NCBI GenBank assembly: GCA_000708835.1
Contig: DF237694.1
Coordinates: 1 to 38,102 of the forward strand
DNA: 38,102 nucleotides
Direction of reading: 5' to 3'
Source: Klebsormidium nitens
Taxonomy: Eukaryota > Plantae > Klebsormidiophyceae
Part shown: positions 10,301 to 22,600 of the stretch, in pieces
How positions within the stretch are numbered: the first letter of the stretch is position 1
Layout: each line of letters begins with the position of its first letter
Translations under genes and position numbers: made by a program
The notes under the pieces: model-generated
Seen by the model: only the letters and a program-made list of their open reading frames with translations
The model's database searches: none
What the model was told of the DNA's origin: nothing

Positions 10301-11014
10301 GGCCCCACCCTGGAGAGTCCCCGCAAGGAACCTGCACAAAGAGGAAGATCAGGGCTTTCTAGGTGCTCGCTCAGACCGGCAGACTCTATCCCTGGCACAA
10401 TCGAGCGACCACCAGAGCCTACTCATGACAAAGATGGGCCAAAAGACAGACAGCACAGCAGCAGGGTCTGTCAAGACAAACGCCAAAGGAAAAGAGCAGT
10501 CCCAACATGACTACGCTGACTCGAACTCCTGCACAAGCAAACTTACAGCAGCGGAGACTGCCAACGAGCTGCAGCTTCACCAGATACGTTTCCCCTCAGC
10601 ATAATGTGGTCAAACTCATGATATACGGATATTTCGAAAGCTGAACTTCGAGGGATGGATCCGCACTATTAAACCCAACTTCAAGAACAGGAAAGAAACC
10701 ACGTCCTTCATCAGAGCCCCAATAGAGCCCCAATAACAAATTGTGAACTGAAGCTTTATACAGCACCATGAGTCAAATGTTCAGATTCGCCCACCCAGTT
10801 GCAACTCCATATCTCCTATTCTTGTTACAAGGATGCGGCCGGCTGCAGATGCAGCGGCCTTCTTCCAAGTGTTGTGGACTACTCCGCTCAGAACCTGTGC
10901 AATACTTGCGATATTAGCCCGGCCAAGCAGCAGCGCCTACCTGAGCTGCTCCAAGCTCTGGGGCAGCTGCCCCAAGGTGCTCCCGCCGGTCGCAGCGTGG
11001 GTGCTGGCGTCCAT
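4392..11014 (-). CDS. DHU1: LRR + WD40 DWD protein, homologue of Arabidopsis DWD HYPERSENSITIVE TO UV-B 1 (putative CUL4-DDB1 substrate receptor), ~926 aa, 18 exons
   Basis: Phase-consistent GT-AG exons (minus): 10941-11014, 10268-10331, 10030-10104, 9509-9814, 9126-9250, 8863-8968, 8605-8699, 7925-8471, 7655-7726, 7075-7473, 6738-6916, 6451-6580, 6100-6189, 5743-5865, 5389-5474, 4985-5150, 4786-4848, 4392-4472. Motifs: LRRs (LTTLVLDAN, LTSLSLCAS, LRQLALQRCACC), LRR cap LPSLTVLDNKRV, RPRQFEY, GTLSGEVVVLNHE, LIAGCDNG, EQLTSVHVN, HINVLKFAHHSP, DWD WDLR, NYTRSYYMNGRDYIISGSCEEN, QSLRGDPFRDFHFSVLAAY, SEIVKVNLL. The first exon is the least certain. Confidence 0.88.
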
Positions 11015-13377
11015 CAGGGACACAGCTTGCAACCGGGCCAGCCTTCTGGCTACCGCAGAAGAAGCACCGTGCTGAAGACCACCTTGTATTACACACCGTT
11101 TTCAGCTGTAATAACTTGCTCTGAGCCAGCTGAAGGTACCTATCACCTACAAATACCGGGATTCCTGACCAAAACCCTTGTGAGGGGCTTCAATAGTCAG
11201 CGCTCCAGGCCAGTTGCAATGCGCCAACTCAAAATCATGGCTGCGCAGATATCAATGGCGGCCACATTTCCTTGATTGACCGCAAGCAGGGCCAACCGCT
11301 GCTTCCCCTTCCTCCTTCAGGAAATTAAGGAGGCTGAACGCTGGTCCAGATGAAGTGAATGTGCACACTGCACAGCCCACATTCACAACCCGATGCAGCA
11401 TTGCCATGGGCCATATCCAAGCCCTGCAGGCTCAGCCGCAGCGAGTCAGAGCTGGAGCCTGGTCAAGTGGGCTCAGGCGGGCTGGCCAATCATTGCCCAT
11501 AACAAACTCTAAAGCGCGCTCGTCGACGCACTCAAATTCTGGACTCAGAAACCATCGACGGTGATGATTGTTCCATGTTAAATCGACGGTATGTGCTACT
11601 TCGAAGCGTCGACGCGCCTTTGCGAGCCTACAGCTGTTCGCGTGAAACTTGACGAAGAGACGGTCGAAGAGCAGAAGCATATATTATAAGCCTTATTATA
11701 AGCCATTATTGATAGCATGGGATGGGTGGGGTTAGTTTGGGGGTTTAGGGTGGGTTAAAGGGTACGGAGTAGGTGATTTTGTGGTGAGGTTGTTAGTGCA
11801 TTAGTGTCAATGTCGGCGCATACTTTTGCTAGAGCTTCCTTTTGCTAAATTGAAGAGACTCACATTGTAACTCGCCACGAGCGTGCCACGAGCTTGCCAC
11901 CCGCAACCGTCTGACCATTTCACCGGTCCGCGATCACAAAAGTTCATCGCTACACGATCTTGCAATCGGGACCCCCCGAATGCTTAGAAAGTCGACTACG
12001 AAATATAGGTGCGCAATATTTCATGTTTCCAACTACTACTTCCGCTTATTCGACCGCGCGGAAGTACTGAGCCCAATTTACATGCCAAAAAAATCTTTTG
12101 CGTTCATTCGTAGGCTCGTCGAATCTTCGTACGTCCATAATTAGAGTGTAGTCGCAAGATCGTCGTGATGAATGATCAAACCGCAATTGGGATCGTGGAT
12201 CGGCGAACTTGGATTGAATTCAAGAGGGCAGGTTCTCGGCAGGTTTTCTACGCAAAGAGCTGTACATCTCTGGCGATCGTCACATAGTATGCTATAGAAT
12301 GCTAGTACCTTAGTCACAGCTCCCAAATCTGGTTTGGCTTTCATATATTGGCTTGGCCACCCCCTCTTGAGCTCTTGCATTCTATTGCCCGTATCTTTTG
12401 TATTCCTGACCAGATACGATCATTGATGTTGATTGTTTTACTCTTAACATGTGTTGTTGCTGTTTTTGAATGCCAAATGGTGGACACCGGAGTTGCTGGG
12501 GATGCCTTGCCTGATCAAAAGGGTGCAAGCTGCATGGCGAATATGAGTTGTATGAGCTGTAGGGTTGCGTACAGCCTATAAGAAGGACTCAAAATGGTAT
12601 CACAGTGTCAAAATGGTATCACACAGCTAGTTCATTTGCCATTGATAATATTCAAAAGCCAAGTGCTTTTTCACTTTTCCTCTCAAGATTCAAGTGGCAT
12701 GCGCACGGAACTTGAAAGTATAATAACGATTGTAGCCGAGAGTATCTGGATCTTGCTTATAGCAAGATGACGTACCTCCACGACTCAGCCTACATGGGTT
12801 CCCGGCGCAACTGATTCAATCTAGACCTTACTTGTGAAGCCCACTCAGAGCCACTTCGCTCACGCTATCCATGTACAAGAACGTTTTAGCATGACAGCGA
12901 CCGATAGATATATGCGTACAACATGTTCGTTACTAACAATCATCACCATGGTCAGTTTTAAACTTCACCATGGCAGCCTCAGCCTATCTAAAGAGCAGCT
13001 TGCTTGTTTATGCGGCGACAATAACTAAGGAATGATCAGTTAGCAAATGACACAGTCGAAGGCACTGATTGATTAGCTCGAGAGACACGGCAGGCAATTG
13101 CACCGGAAGATCCATGATGAATGCGGCATGTCCTACCAGCAGCTTTTAATGCAGATAGCAAAGGTGGCCTGCACCTGTCCGGCTGCACGTTGGTCATGAG
13201 AGCCTCCATCTGTCAGTGAAAGCTAGCTGCCAACAGCATCGACACGGGGCGAAACAAGTGCGACAGCCAGACCAACGATCCTTTCTTTAATCAATTGGTG
13301 TCGTGCACGGAAATAAGAAGACGAGGATTCGCATAATACCCCACTAATCGTTGTTTGGTACACCTGTTTGGCAGCGG

Positions 13378-16300
13378 CTACAGTGTTTTGAAAGAGGCTT
13401 CGATCTCTTCCAGCGTCCTTCCCCGCGTTTCCGGTACAAAGTACGAAACGAAGAACACCGTGACTACGCACTCGACAGCGTAAAGAAGAAAGGCACCTGC
13501 AGAGCGGCACACAAACGCGTCACACCGTAAGCAATGCGGCGAAGCGGTCGAGCACTGCATCGACGTGGCGAGTCACCGAGGTCAATGCGCGATGGTGAAG
13601 GCCAAGCACGGTGCAGGCTGTGCTGCGAGAGGCCGCGGAGGTGCGGGCCCGCGGGCGGCGGCCTGCGTGGGGGGCCTCACCGGGCGCGCTCCAGAGGAGG
13701 AGGTACTGGAAGGTCTGGGTGACGGTGAAGGAGGCGGTCCAGTTGACGAGGGTGGCGCAGCTGCCGGCCAGGCCGCGCACGTGCACCGGGAAGATCTCGC
13801 TCATGATGATCCACGGCACGGCGCCCATGCCCAGCGAGAACGCCGCGATGTACACCTGCCACCCAGCGAAGCCACGCGCTCACACACGCATGCACGGGCA
13901 CCCGCGACCGCAGGTTCTCAATGCATTGGTCTGCTTAGACACTGCACAGGCTGTCCTTCTCCTGTGTGCGGCTGCCAGAGGAGCAGCCTGATATTTCGCC
14001 CAGCGATCGTTAAGGAGGTGCGAACAGATACGTGGCTGGCCGCTCAAAGTGCCGCGGCCGCTGGGCACAATGACTTTTAGGGTCTACGCGAGACTGGTCG
14101 GGCCGCTCGTGCCGAGATGGGGCGGTCCCCGTGGAGCGGGCACTCACGAGCAGGCTGGCGATGGCCAGGTAGCTGGCCGCAAGGCTGCCCGGCGGGAGCC
14201 AGAAGGAGTAGGCCAGCGCCGCACTGCTGACGGCCATGCCCCCGGCCGACACCTGCACACACCCCCACGCACAGCACCACTCAGCGGCAGGGCGGCAGAG
14301 CAAGGAAAATGAGACGACGCTAGGCTTCACCAACAGAAAGGAGTACCTGCATAAAGTCCAACGCAAATCCTTGATGCGTGCTTCTCAGGTTGCAGCCGGC
14401 GCGCAGTATACCACCCAACCAGCTGGGATGCCCCGCCTAAAAGAAGCACTCTCGAGCCGAAGCAGAATCTTGCTGCGGCAGCGATCAATTGTAAGCGGAC
14501 AGAGATAGATAAGAAAAATCTTGCAGCTCGTCCGGCCTCCTCGGACTCGCGAAATCAACTAAGGCGGTCAACTCCGCTAAAAAAGTCCCGGGCGAGGGCC
14601 GCTATGCTCATCAGGCCCCATCCTTCCGCGTGGCTCACCATGAGCAGCAGGCGGCGCCCGGCCTTGTCCATGAGCCACACCGCCAGCCCCGTCATGAACA
14701 CCTGCACACGCCAGCCAGGCCGGACGTGAGACCTGGCACTCCGGCCCGCGCCAGAAACACGGCAGGAGCGAGGGTGCGAGAGCCATCCCTAGTGTGCAGG
14801 CATCCTCACTGACCCCACACGATGCCTGGGGCTCCACGATGAGACGCTTCCCGGGGGCGGCTGACCTGGAGGAGGCCGCAGGTAAAGGCGGCCGCGTCGG
14901 CGGAGTGGACCCCGGCGGCGCGGAAGATGGTGCCGCTGTAGAACATGACGGCGTTCACCCCCGAGAACTGCTGCAGCACCATCAGGCCCACGCCCGCCTG
15001 CACCGTCAGGCACACGCGCGCATCAGCACCAACGAGCATCGGACGGCGGACCCAAGAGGCCTCGGTGCAGCCGGTTCCTGGGAAAGGGTGCGCAAGCCAA
15101 TGTTGGCTGAGCAAACGACATGCGAACAAGTTCTGCAGGGAATGTTGCACCTTTCAATCAGACATTGGGCATGGCATAGCGGCCCTTACCACGAGGGGCC
15201 ACGTGAGGTCTCGCTTGAACAGGTCCCGCAGCGTGGCGCGCGGCTGTGCAGACGACTGGCGAGCCGCCTCCTGCACAGCCACAGTCACGGGTCAGAGGAC
15301 AACTCCGGTGCAAGTCGGGGGCGCCAAGGCGAGGCACGCCCAGCGGGGCAGCGGAGAGGTGGCGGCCGAGAGTTGCCCCCGTGGTGCCTGCGCGGCTCAC
15401 CTGGATCTCCTGCATCTCGGTACGCGTGTCGCACTCCGCTCCCCGCAGCTGGCGCAGGGCCGCCACCAGGCGCGCCTGGTACTCGTTCTTCGCCTGGACA
15501 GAGGTTCGTGTCATACTCAGTCCCACCAGCAGGACGTACCCATAGCAATCCGACCATTACTTGATGGCAGGGCCCCCATGATGGCTGGGCTGAGCCCCTA
15601 CATGCAGCAGCGCCATCCAGTGCGAGTGACTCATTTGCGCTCGACCCTGGCAGACTGGCCCCCCTTCTGGGTGCGGCAGCATGGAGGGGTTTGGGGCTCA
15701 CCAGCCAGCGCGGGCTCTCGGGAAGGACGGTGAGGCCCAGCAGGAGGACGCCCATCGGCAGCACGCCTGCCAGCACACCCCCACACGGCCAGTCAGGCGA
15801 GGCGCGCAGGGCGGGGAACAAGGAGCAGGCGGGGCAGAGGAACCAAGGGGGCGGCAGGGCGCAGCAGGGGTAGGGGGCGGAAAGAGGGGTTGGCACTGAC
15901 CGATGAAGGCGAGAGTGCGCCAGTGGATGAGCATGCCGAGGGCGTAGACCAGCACGATCCCGATTGTGATCCCCAGCTGGTTGACGGCACCCAGGCCGCC
16001 GCGCAAGTGGCTGGGAGACACCTCAGCGATGTAAATGGGCACCTGCACCAACACCACGCACGGCAGGGCCGCCCTCTTCAGGCACTCAGGGGAGTATCTG
16101 CGATAACTTGCAGACCACCTTGGGTTCCTTGGATCTTTGCAAATACAGCTGTTTGCATCAACCTTGCCATCGGGTTCCAGACTATTCGAGGCTGGTTGCT
16201 GATACTGAGCCGTCCGATACCTGCTTGTTGTCAATCGAATCGGGAATCATTATCGGAGCATTTGGTACCGGATGGCATGCTTGATGCAAAGAGCTGTAAC

Positions 16301-18042
16301 GTCCAGCCAAGCTTGATGAGGGGCTCATAGCGCAAAATAAAGAGGGCACCCACCGCAAAGGAGAAGGTCCCTGTGGCAAAACCGCAGAGCAGGCGGCCGC
16401 TATACAGTGCCAGAGGGTCCTGCACAGTACGACAAAAGGCCCAGCTGAGGCAGGCAGTGGGGGCAGGCAACAGGGCCGGGGCACGGGGGAACTGGGAGAG
16501 TGAGAGACGCAGCACCAGCACTATGCATGGGCCCATGTGCAGGACCTCACTGCAGAGTGTGCACGAAGTAGGAGACTTGGACGCAACCGCAGACACACAT
16601 TCGTCCTTGAGAGGTGAGCGGGCAGTGGGCGTACCTGCGCAAGGGCAATGATGAGCCAGCCCAGGACGCCAGGACACGCCGCCACCGCCAGCACCTGCAA
16701 CGGGGCACGGCACGCGCATGAGGCAGGCAAGGAGGCGGCTCAGACAGGGTGCACTGCGAACAAAAAGTTGCCCGACCCTGAAGCTCGCTAAGAAGACTTC
16801 AGATAGCCAGTACCAAGCTTGCGGCGCTGCAGGTGCGGATGAAACAAGCATTCAGACGTGAAGGCGCCCTGAGTGCGGTGCACAGGTGTACGCTCAAGGC
16901 CGCAACCGCGCAAACTTGCACGGGAGCCTCAGATAACTACGTGCCGCAGCAGGCATGTCAATGACAGCCAGGTACAAACAGGAAGGACACAGGTTCAGTG
17001 GCTCAACACTCACTCCCTTGCGCCCAATTGCATCTGCCACCGCTCCTGAACTGAGGCTCCTGCAAATGCGTGACAAGGGCTCACCTCGCTACCCTCTAGG
17101 TCAACACAAAATCATGACTGCTTTCCAGTGGCTGAGGTTGTGGAGGTCTCTGTCACGAGGCTTGCAAATCACATGTACTTATCCCCAGCGCATGATAAGT
17201 CTGGAGAAGATGCGAGGCCTGTTGTGCTGCAAGATCCATGACTCATCAAAGTGTGGAGAAGGTTCCCTCACCTGGCCGAACTGAGCAGCCGGCCCAGGCT
17301 TATCTTATCACAGCTCATAAAGACTGAACAGCACAAGAAAACCGAACCCTTTGACCATCAGAACCCCAGGCTTCATAGATGGAACCTAAACCCCCAGAGT
17401 CGGAGTAGCAACAATCCCCAGGCTAACACCACCCTCCCCTGTCCACCGATTGCAAACTTCCCTTGTCCATCAAAGTATCCTTCTTGCCCCCAAACAGATC
17501 CCTGGTCAGCACTGAGCCAGCGCTGCAATGGAAAGGGACACCAGATGCATGATGAAAGGAGAGTTGGCCCGAGAAAGCGCACCCCATCATTGCTCCAATG
17601 TTGACCAGTGCTCCGAAGAAGCTTGCTTGCCCGGTGGTCAGCTCCAGCTGGCTCTCAATGGCGGGCAGGGCCGGCGACGTGTAGCCAAGCTGGGACGAGG
17701 GGCAAAGCAGGAAGGCGCGCTGATCAGTTCACGCTTTTGTAATACACTACTATCTGCGTATCTGCGTGACAAGACAAGCGCAGACTTAGGCGGCAGCAGA
17801 AAGTCATTGAGCTGGCCAGCCAAAGTCACTTAGCAAGAGATACCCCCCCCTCCTGCTCACCGAGTACCCAAAGTAGAGCGGGCCCAGCGCCGCTATGAGC
17901 ACCGCCACAATGGTGAAAGAGTGACTTGGCGCTGCTGAGCTTCTCTCGCCACCCTGGCCTGCCTCCAGAAGAGGAGCTTGGTCGTGGGCCTTCCCCGCCA
18001 CCCTGCCACTGCGCCCCGCAAGCACGTCCTCATTCTCCGCCC
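13378..18042 (-). CDS. MFS sugar porter, ERD6-like/ESL (vacuolar monosaccharide transporter) family; 5' exon(s) unresolved
   Basis: Exons (minus): 17861-18042, 17583-17689, 17014-17059, 16635-16694, 16354-16419, 15901-16042, 15702-15766, 15401-15493, 15190-15270, 14866-14997, 14639-14701, 14148-14252, 13681-13855, 13378-13496 (~478 codons, all phases consistent). Sugar-porter motifs: [93 protein letters not shown] further phase-1 exon upstream of 18042 is required. Confidence 0.92.
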
Positions 18043-19601
18043 CTGCAGGAAATAAGAACCAATCAGCAAGGGCTTCAGGCAATTCTCAGGTCTCAATCGA
18101 CAGCCACCATCCTGGAAGGAAGGGCTAAAAAGACAGTGCACAGCTTCTATGTTCTCCTGTGCAAGTCCTCTGGTTGCCTGCACAGGGTTTTAAGAAAAAG
18201 CAAATTGGAAAATGGGTGGATTGGGAACCCACACAACAGCAACCCGGGTTTCAGAGGCAATGCAAACCACCGGCAGGAATTGGAAAAAGCTGGCTCACGG
18301 ACTGACCACTCTGCTTTCAATTTTCAATCTAGCTTGGGGAATCTCTGGTGGTGCGATAGTCTTCCGCCACATATGCACCCCAGCTGTGGACTTCAGCTGA
18401 TGCACCTACCTGCGGTTGTTCCCTTGGTTGTCCTTGGACTGGCGGCCATACTGGGCATCAAATGCAAAAGGACACGTCTGTCTATGAAAAATGTGGCCTT
18501 TCGGGGCTACGACAAATTAGATATAAGAAAGCGCGCGATCAGAGAAAGCACAATTCTGAGCTATGCACCAAGGGTTTCCTTGAAAAACCAGCCACTTGGA
18601 GACAGAAACACCTTTGCTATGGTATTTTGATTGCCAATTTGTGACATCGGCTTGCCTTTGCCTTTGCCTTTGCCCCCGGTCGAATTGCTGCATGCGAAGA
18701 CCTCAAAGAACTGCTCAAAGTTCAATTAGTACTAGTAGTTTGCCCGGGTTCTCTCGCAACAAAACCTGGCAGGATGCTGATTTCAAATTCAGAGGGATCC
18801 CACTCGGACCTGGGGAGGACCTGATTCTTCTGAGTTTTGGAACCCTAGCTCTCCCACTGGTCCCAGCGCTTCCTGCCAGAGGCTGCCAGAGCAAGCGACT
18901 TTCGTCTTGCACATTGTTTCGCAGCAAGGCAGCATGGAGGTCGCAGCACATTGGGTAGCATCGCCCTGCCTGCGTGCAAGCACCAGCAGGAGGACGAGTG
19001 GTTCACCTGTAGCTGCAGGCACGGAGTCAACGCCAGCTGCGGCATTTCACTTGTCGAGGCCCACAACATCAGCATTGGCAGGTGACCGCGGGCGGTTCTC
19101 GCAGTACAATGCAGAGCCTCTTCGCCCCTGGGCCTCGGCGCTGCCCTTCCCTGCATCCTTCTCCAGGTCGCCGCTAGCTGGCAGAGGCTGGCACTGCAAT
19201 GCGGCATCTGCGGCAGGGGAAGAGGTGAGCGCACCCCATTTTGCTGGAATGGCCGGAAGAAAATTGCTTGATGAGGTTGTTTCAACTAATTGCAACCGTT
19301 TGCCTTGAAGTCAATGATTTGCCTGTGGGCAGCCAGCATTGATCTGATTTGGATGTGCCAGGCATTTGAGTGTGTGCTGGTGGTCCCCATACAATCTGCG
19401 AGTCCTCTAAATGACCCTGGGGTTTCCATCGATCGTAGGCTGGGCCAGCAGACATCCAAGGGCAACTGAGCGCAGCAAGTTTCAGATCTGAGGACGATAC
19501 AGACCCCCTTTTGGTAGCTTCTGACGCAGTGGGAGGCCCCCGCATCATTCACCAGAACATCGGAGGCCCCCTGCAAGAAGAGTGCCCCCCGGCCACTTCC
19601 A

Positions 19602-22600
19602 ATGGGCATGCTGGGGGTCAAGGGGTTTCTCCTGAGGGTGCACTCGCAGAGCCAGGGCCGGAAGCTGCAACAGTCAGCGGGCGAGAAGGCAAGACGATCG
19701 GCTGCCTCTGCATTTGCACCCTACAATCCCTTGGTGCCATTGAAGGTCACCACTGGTGCAATGCAGGATCTTGCAGCTTCTGCATCTTATGTCCAAGGTG
19801 ATCTCTGCTTTACATATCTCTTAGACTGACGTGTTGTGTGCAGGGGACCTGACCGCCAGCATCCTGGCTGAGATTCGCCAGCTGGCCCTGCCCGCCCTCG
19901 GCTCCTGGTGAGGCCGCCTGTCAGTGCCCCTGCCTTTGCCATGCAGCAGTTGCGTGGGCGTTGGCTTGCAACTTCACAACATTGATGATGCACAGGTCTG
20001 TGGCTGTCAGTCTCTTCTCAGCGTGACCCCCCTCCCCGCAGCCCCCGTCTTGCCCACTGAGCGGTGTGCCGTGCAGTTTGGCGGATCCCCTGATGAGTTT
20101 GATAGACAGCTGCTGCGTGGGCCAGATTGGGTCCGTCCAACTCGCCTCACTCGGCCCCAACACCGCCATCTTCAACTTCGTCTTTCAGGTAGGCCGCTAC
20201 CCTCCTCCTGGCTCGCCCTCTTCGCATTCTCCACGCCTCGCCACAATATTAGCATGGTTGTGTTGCCCTTTTCCCTGCAACAAGCACCCCCATGCCCCCA
20301 ACCCCCCACCCCCTCCATCCCCCTGCCTTGTGCTCTCAGGTGTTTGGTTTCCTCGGCATCTCCACCACCAGCATGCTGGCATCCCTCAGCGCCAGTGGCA
20401 GCGGGACCCCCGCAGCTGCGCAACACAAGGTATGCCCTCCCAAGCGCCCCCCCCCCTCCAACAGCTTCCCATGCCATGCAAAGCCGAGTCAGAACATGCC
20501 CCATGTGGTCTGCAGTTAAGCTTGCCCACAAAACGATGGCAGTGGCAGTCACGGTGGCAGTGGCAGCTGTGTGGGCGGCCACCCTCGGGCCCTTGACTGC
20601 GTTGCTGCTGCTGTTCCTGCCAGGCTGCGCGTACCTTGAGTGTGGCCCTCACTCTGGCGCTCCTGCTGGGTGTGCTGGCGCTGGTTGTCCTGGAGTGGCA
20701 GGGGGTGGCCCTGCTGCGCGCCATGGGCGCATCCCCCGAGCTGCTGGGGCCCGGCCTGGCCTACCTGCGCATCCGTGCGCTCTCAGGTAGCCTCCCCCCA
20801 TTGGACCTGCTCTTGCCACACCTGTACGTCCTGTGGGACATGAAGATGAAAATTGTAGCTGAAACGTTGTCTTTTCCGTCTTGAGCCCTTGTCTTCGTGG
20901 GGATCGCAGCGGTGGGGTGGTCCCTCTTCCTTAGCTTGAGGTCCCTGTTTCACCTGTGTACTTCGTGGGGGTGTGTGTGCAGCGCCTGCGGTGCTGGTTC
21001 TGGTGGTGGGCCAGGGCGCCTGCCTGGGCTGCCAGGTGAGCCCCCCCGCTGCGCCTGCCCGGCCAGCGCCACTTCAAAGCACAACGCAGGCACTACACCC
21101 TATTGTTTGAGAGCAGCTGGGATGGCAGGGTGGCTGATGCGGCACTAGTGGTATGCTGTGTGCACGACCACGGGATGCTGTGACGGCTGTGTTGCAGGCT
21201 GTCGGGAGTGCGCCGATTGACACCCTGCCGCCCCTTTGCCTGGTGTTTCCCTGCAGGACGCGCGCACACCGCTGTTCATCTTCCTTGGCGCGGGCCTGCT
21301 CAACGTGGTGGGCGACATCCTGCTCACGCTGCACTGGCGCTGGTGCGCCCCGCCTCCCCCCCCGCCTGCCGCCTCAGTATCGTGACCTGCTCCCTGCTCT
21401 GCCTTTCTTTGTGTCTTCTCCTGAACTCTCTGCTCCGCAGCCACACGCGAGCTGCTCCTCGTACGAACACGGTGTCTCGTTTTTCTGGGCATAGGGGAGT
21501 GCGCGGTGCAGCATGGGCCACCGTGGTTGCGCAGTACTGCGGCGCGGCCGTCTTCCTCTACACTCTGGCCGACAGGCTGCCTCTGCTGCCCGCCCCTACT
21601 GCGGGGGCCATCCCCTCGCCAGACCAGGCGTCCTCTTCGCCTGCGGACCCTCGGGCAGGCGTTGCACCAGGGGGTCGGACCAAAGGAGCTCCCCGGCGCG
21701 TGCGGCGAGTGGGTCCCCCTTTCCGCCTTCAGTGGGGCGCCTGGCCGTCTGATGAGGAAATGCGTGCACTGGCGGGGGTCGGGGGAACGCTGGTGATGCG
21801 CAGCTTGTGTGGCATGGTGAGGGCTCTGTGATTGACCACCACAGAATCTGGTGCTGCCAAGGATCAAGTGGAAGCTGACCCGGCCGACCACGCCCAACCG
21901 CACCTTCTCGTCAGCTGCTTGACGCTGAGTTCGTCCTCCTCAAAAGTCGAGCTGACTGCGAGCGTTTGCTTGGGGCGAAGGAGATGCCTTTTCCAGCCGC
22001 CGCTCCTCGAGCTGTTTGCTAGAGCGCTCCTGTGTTGATTTCAGGATGTTCCCCAGCTTGCAGACGACATGTTCCGACTCCTTCCCGTGCGGACGTATGT
22101 AGTCGTGTCGCCGAACCTTTCAGCAACAGCAGTCGCGTCTGCTTCCTTGCTTTTTGCCCTGCACTTGCAAGCACCTGACGCATAGCTTACTTCATACAAT
22201 CTTCTTACGGCCCCCCTCGGTCACCAAACTACCCCCTCTCCCCGAATTTGACCCCAAGGGCCCAGCTCGTTCCCCTCCTCGATCTTGCAGTGCGTTGCTT
22301 TGCGTGCAGGTGGTGTACACCCTGCTTGCCTACGCGGCCACTTCGCTGGGCACGCTGCACATCGCCGCCCACCAGGTGTCCATGCAGGTCGGTGCCGGGG
22401 CGGCCCAGTCCAGCGACCTCGTCTCCTGCTCTCCTTCTTGTTCAGCTGTGGCGCTCGACTCTGGTGCGTCCTAGCTGGCTCCGCCGCGTCCATCTGCCCT
22501 GCACTCGCACGGCTTACTTCTCGTGGCCCGCCTGTTGTCCGGCTGACGCCGTTCTTTGTTCCCGTTCGTCAGCTCTTCTGGTTCCTGTCGTACTTCCCGG

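Noticed and set aside
10179-10604. 141-aa plus-strand ORF with a hydrophilic, protein-like composition
   Set aside because: It is the antisense of a pyrimidine-rich DHU1 intron, has no canonical ATG start, and shows no recognisable domain.
17926-18630. 234-aa plus-strand ORF upstream of/antisense to the sugar porter
   Set aside because: No recognisable domain. It overlaps an exon and intron of the transporter on the opposite strand.
18652-18676. (CTTTGC)n short tandem repeat
   Set aside because: An ordinary microsatellite.
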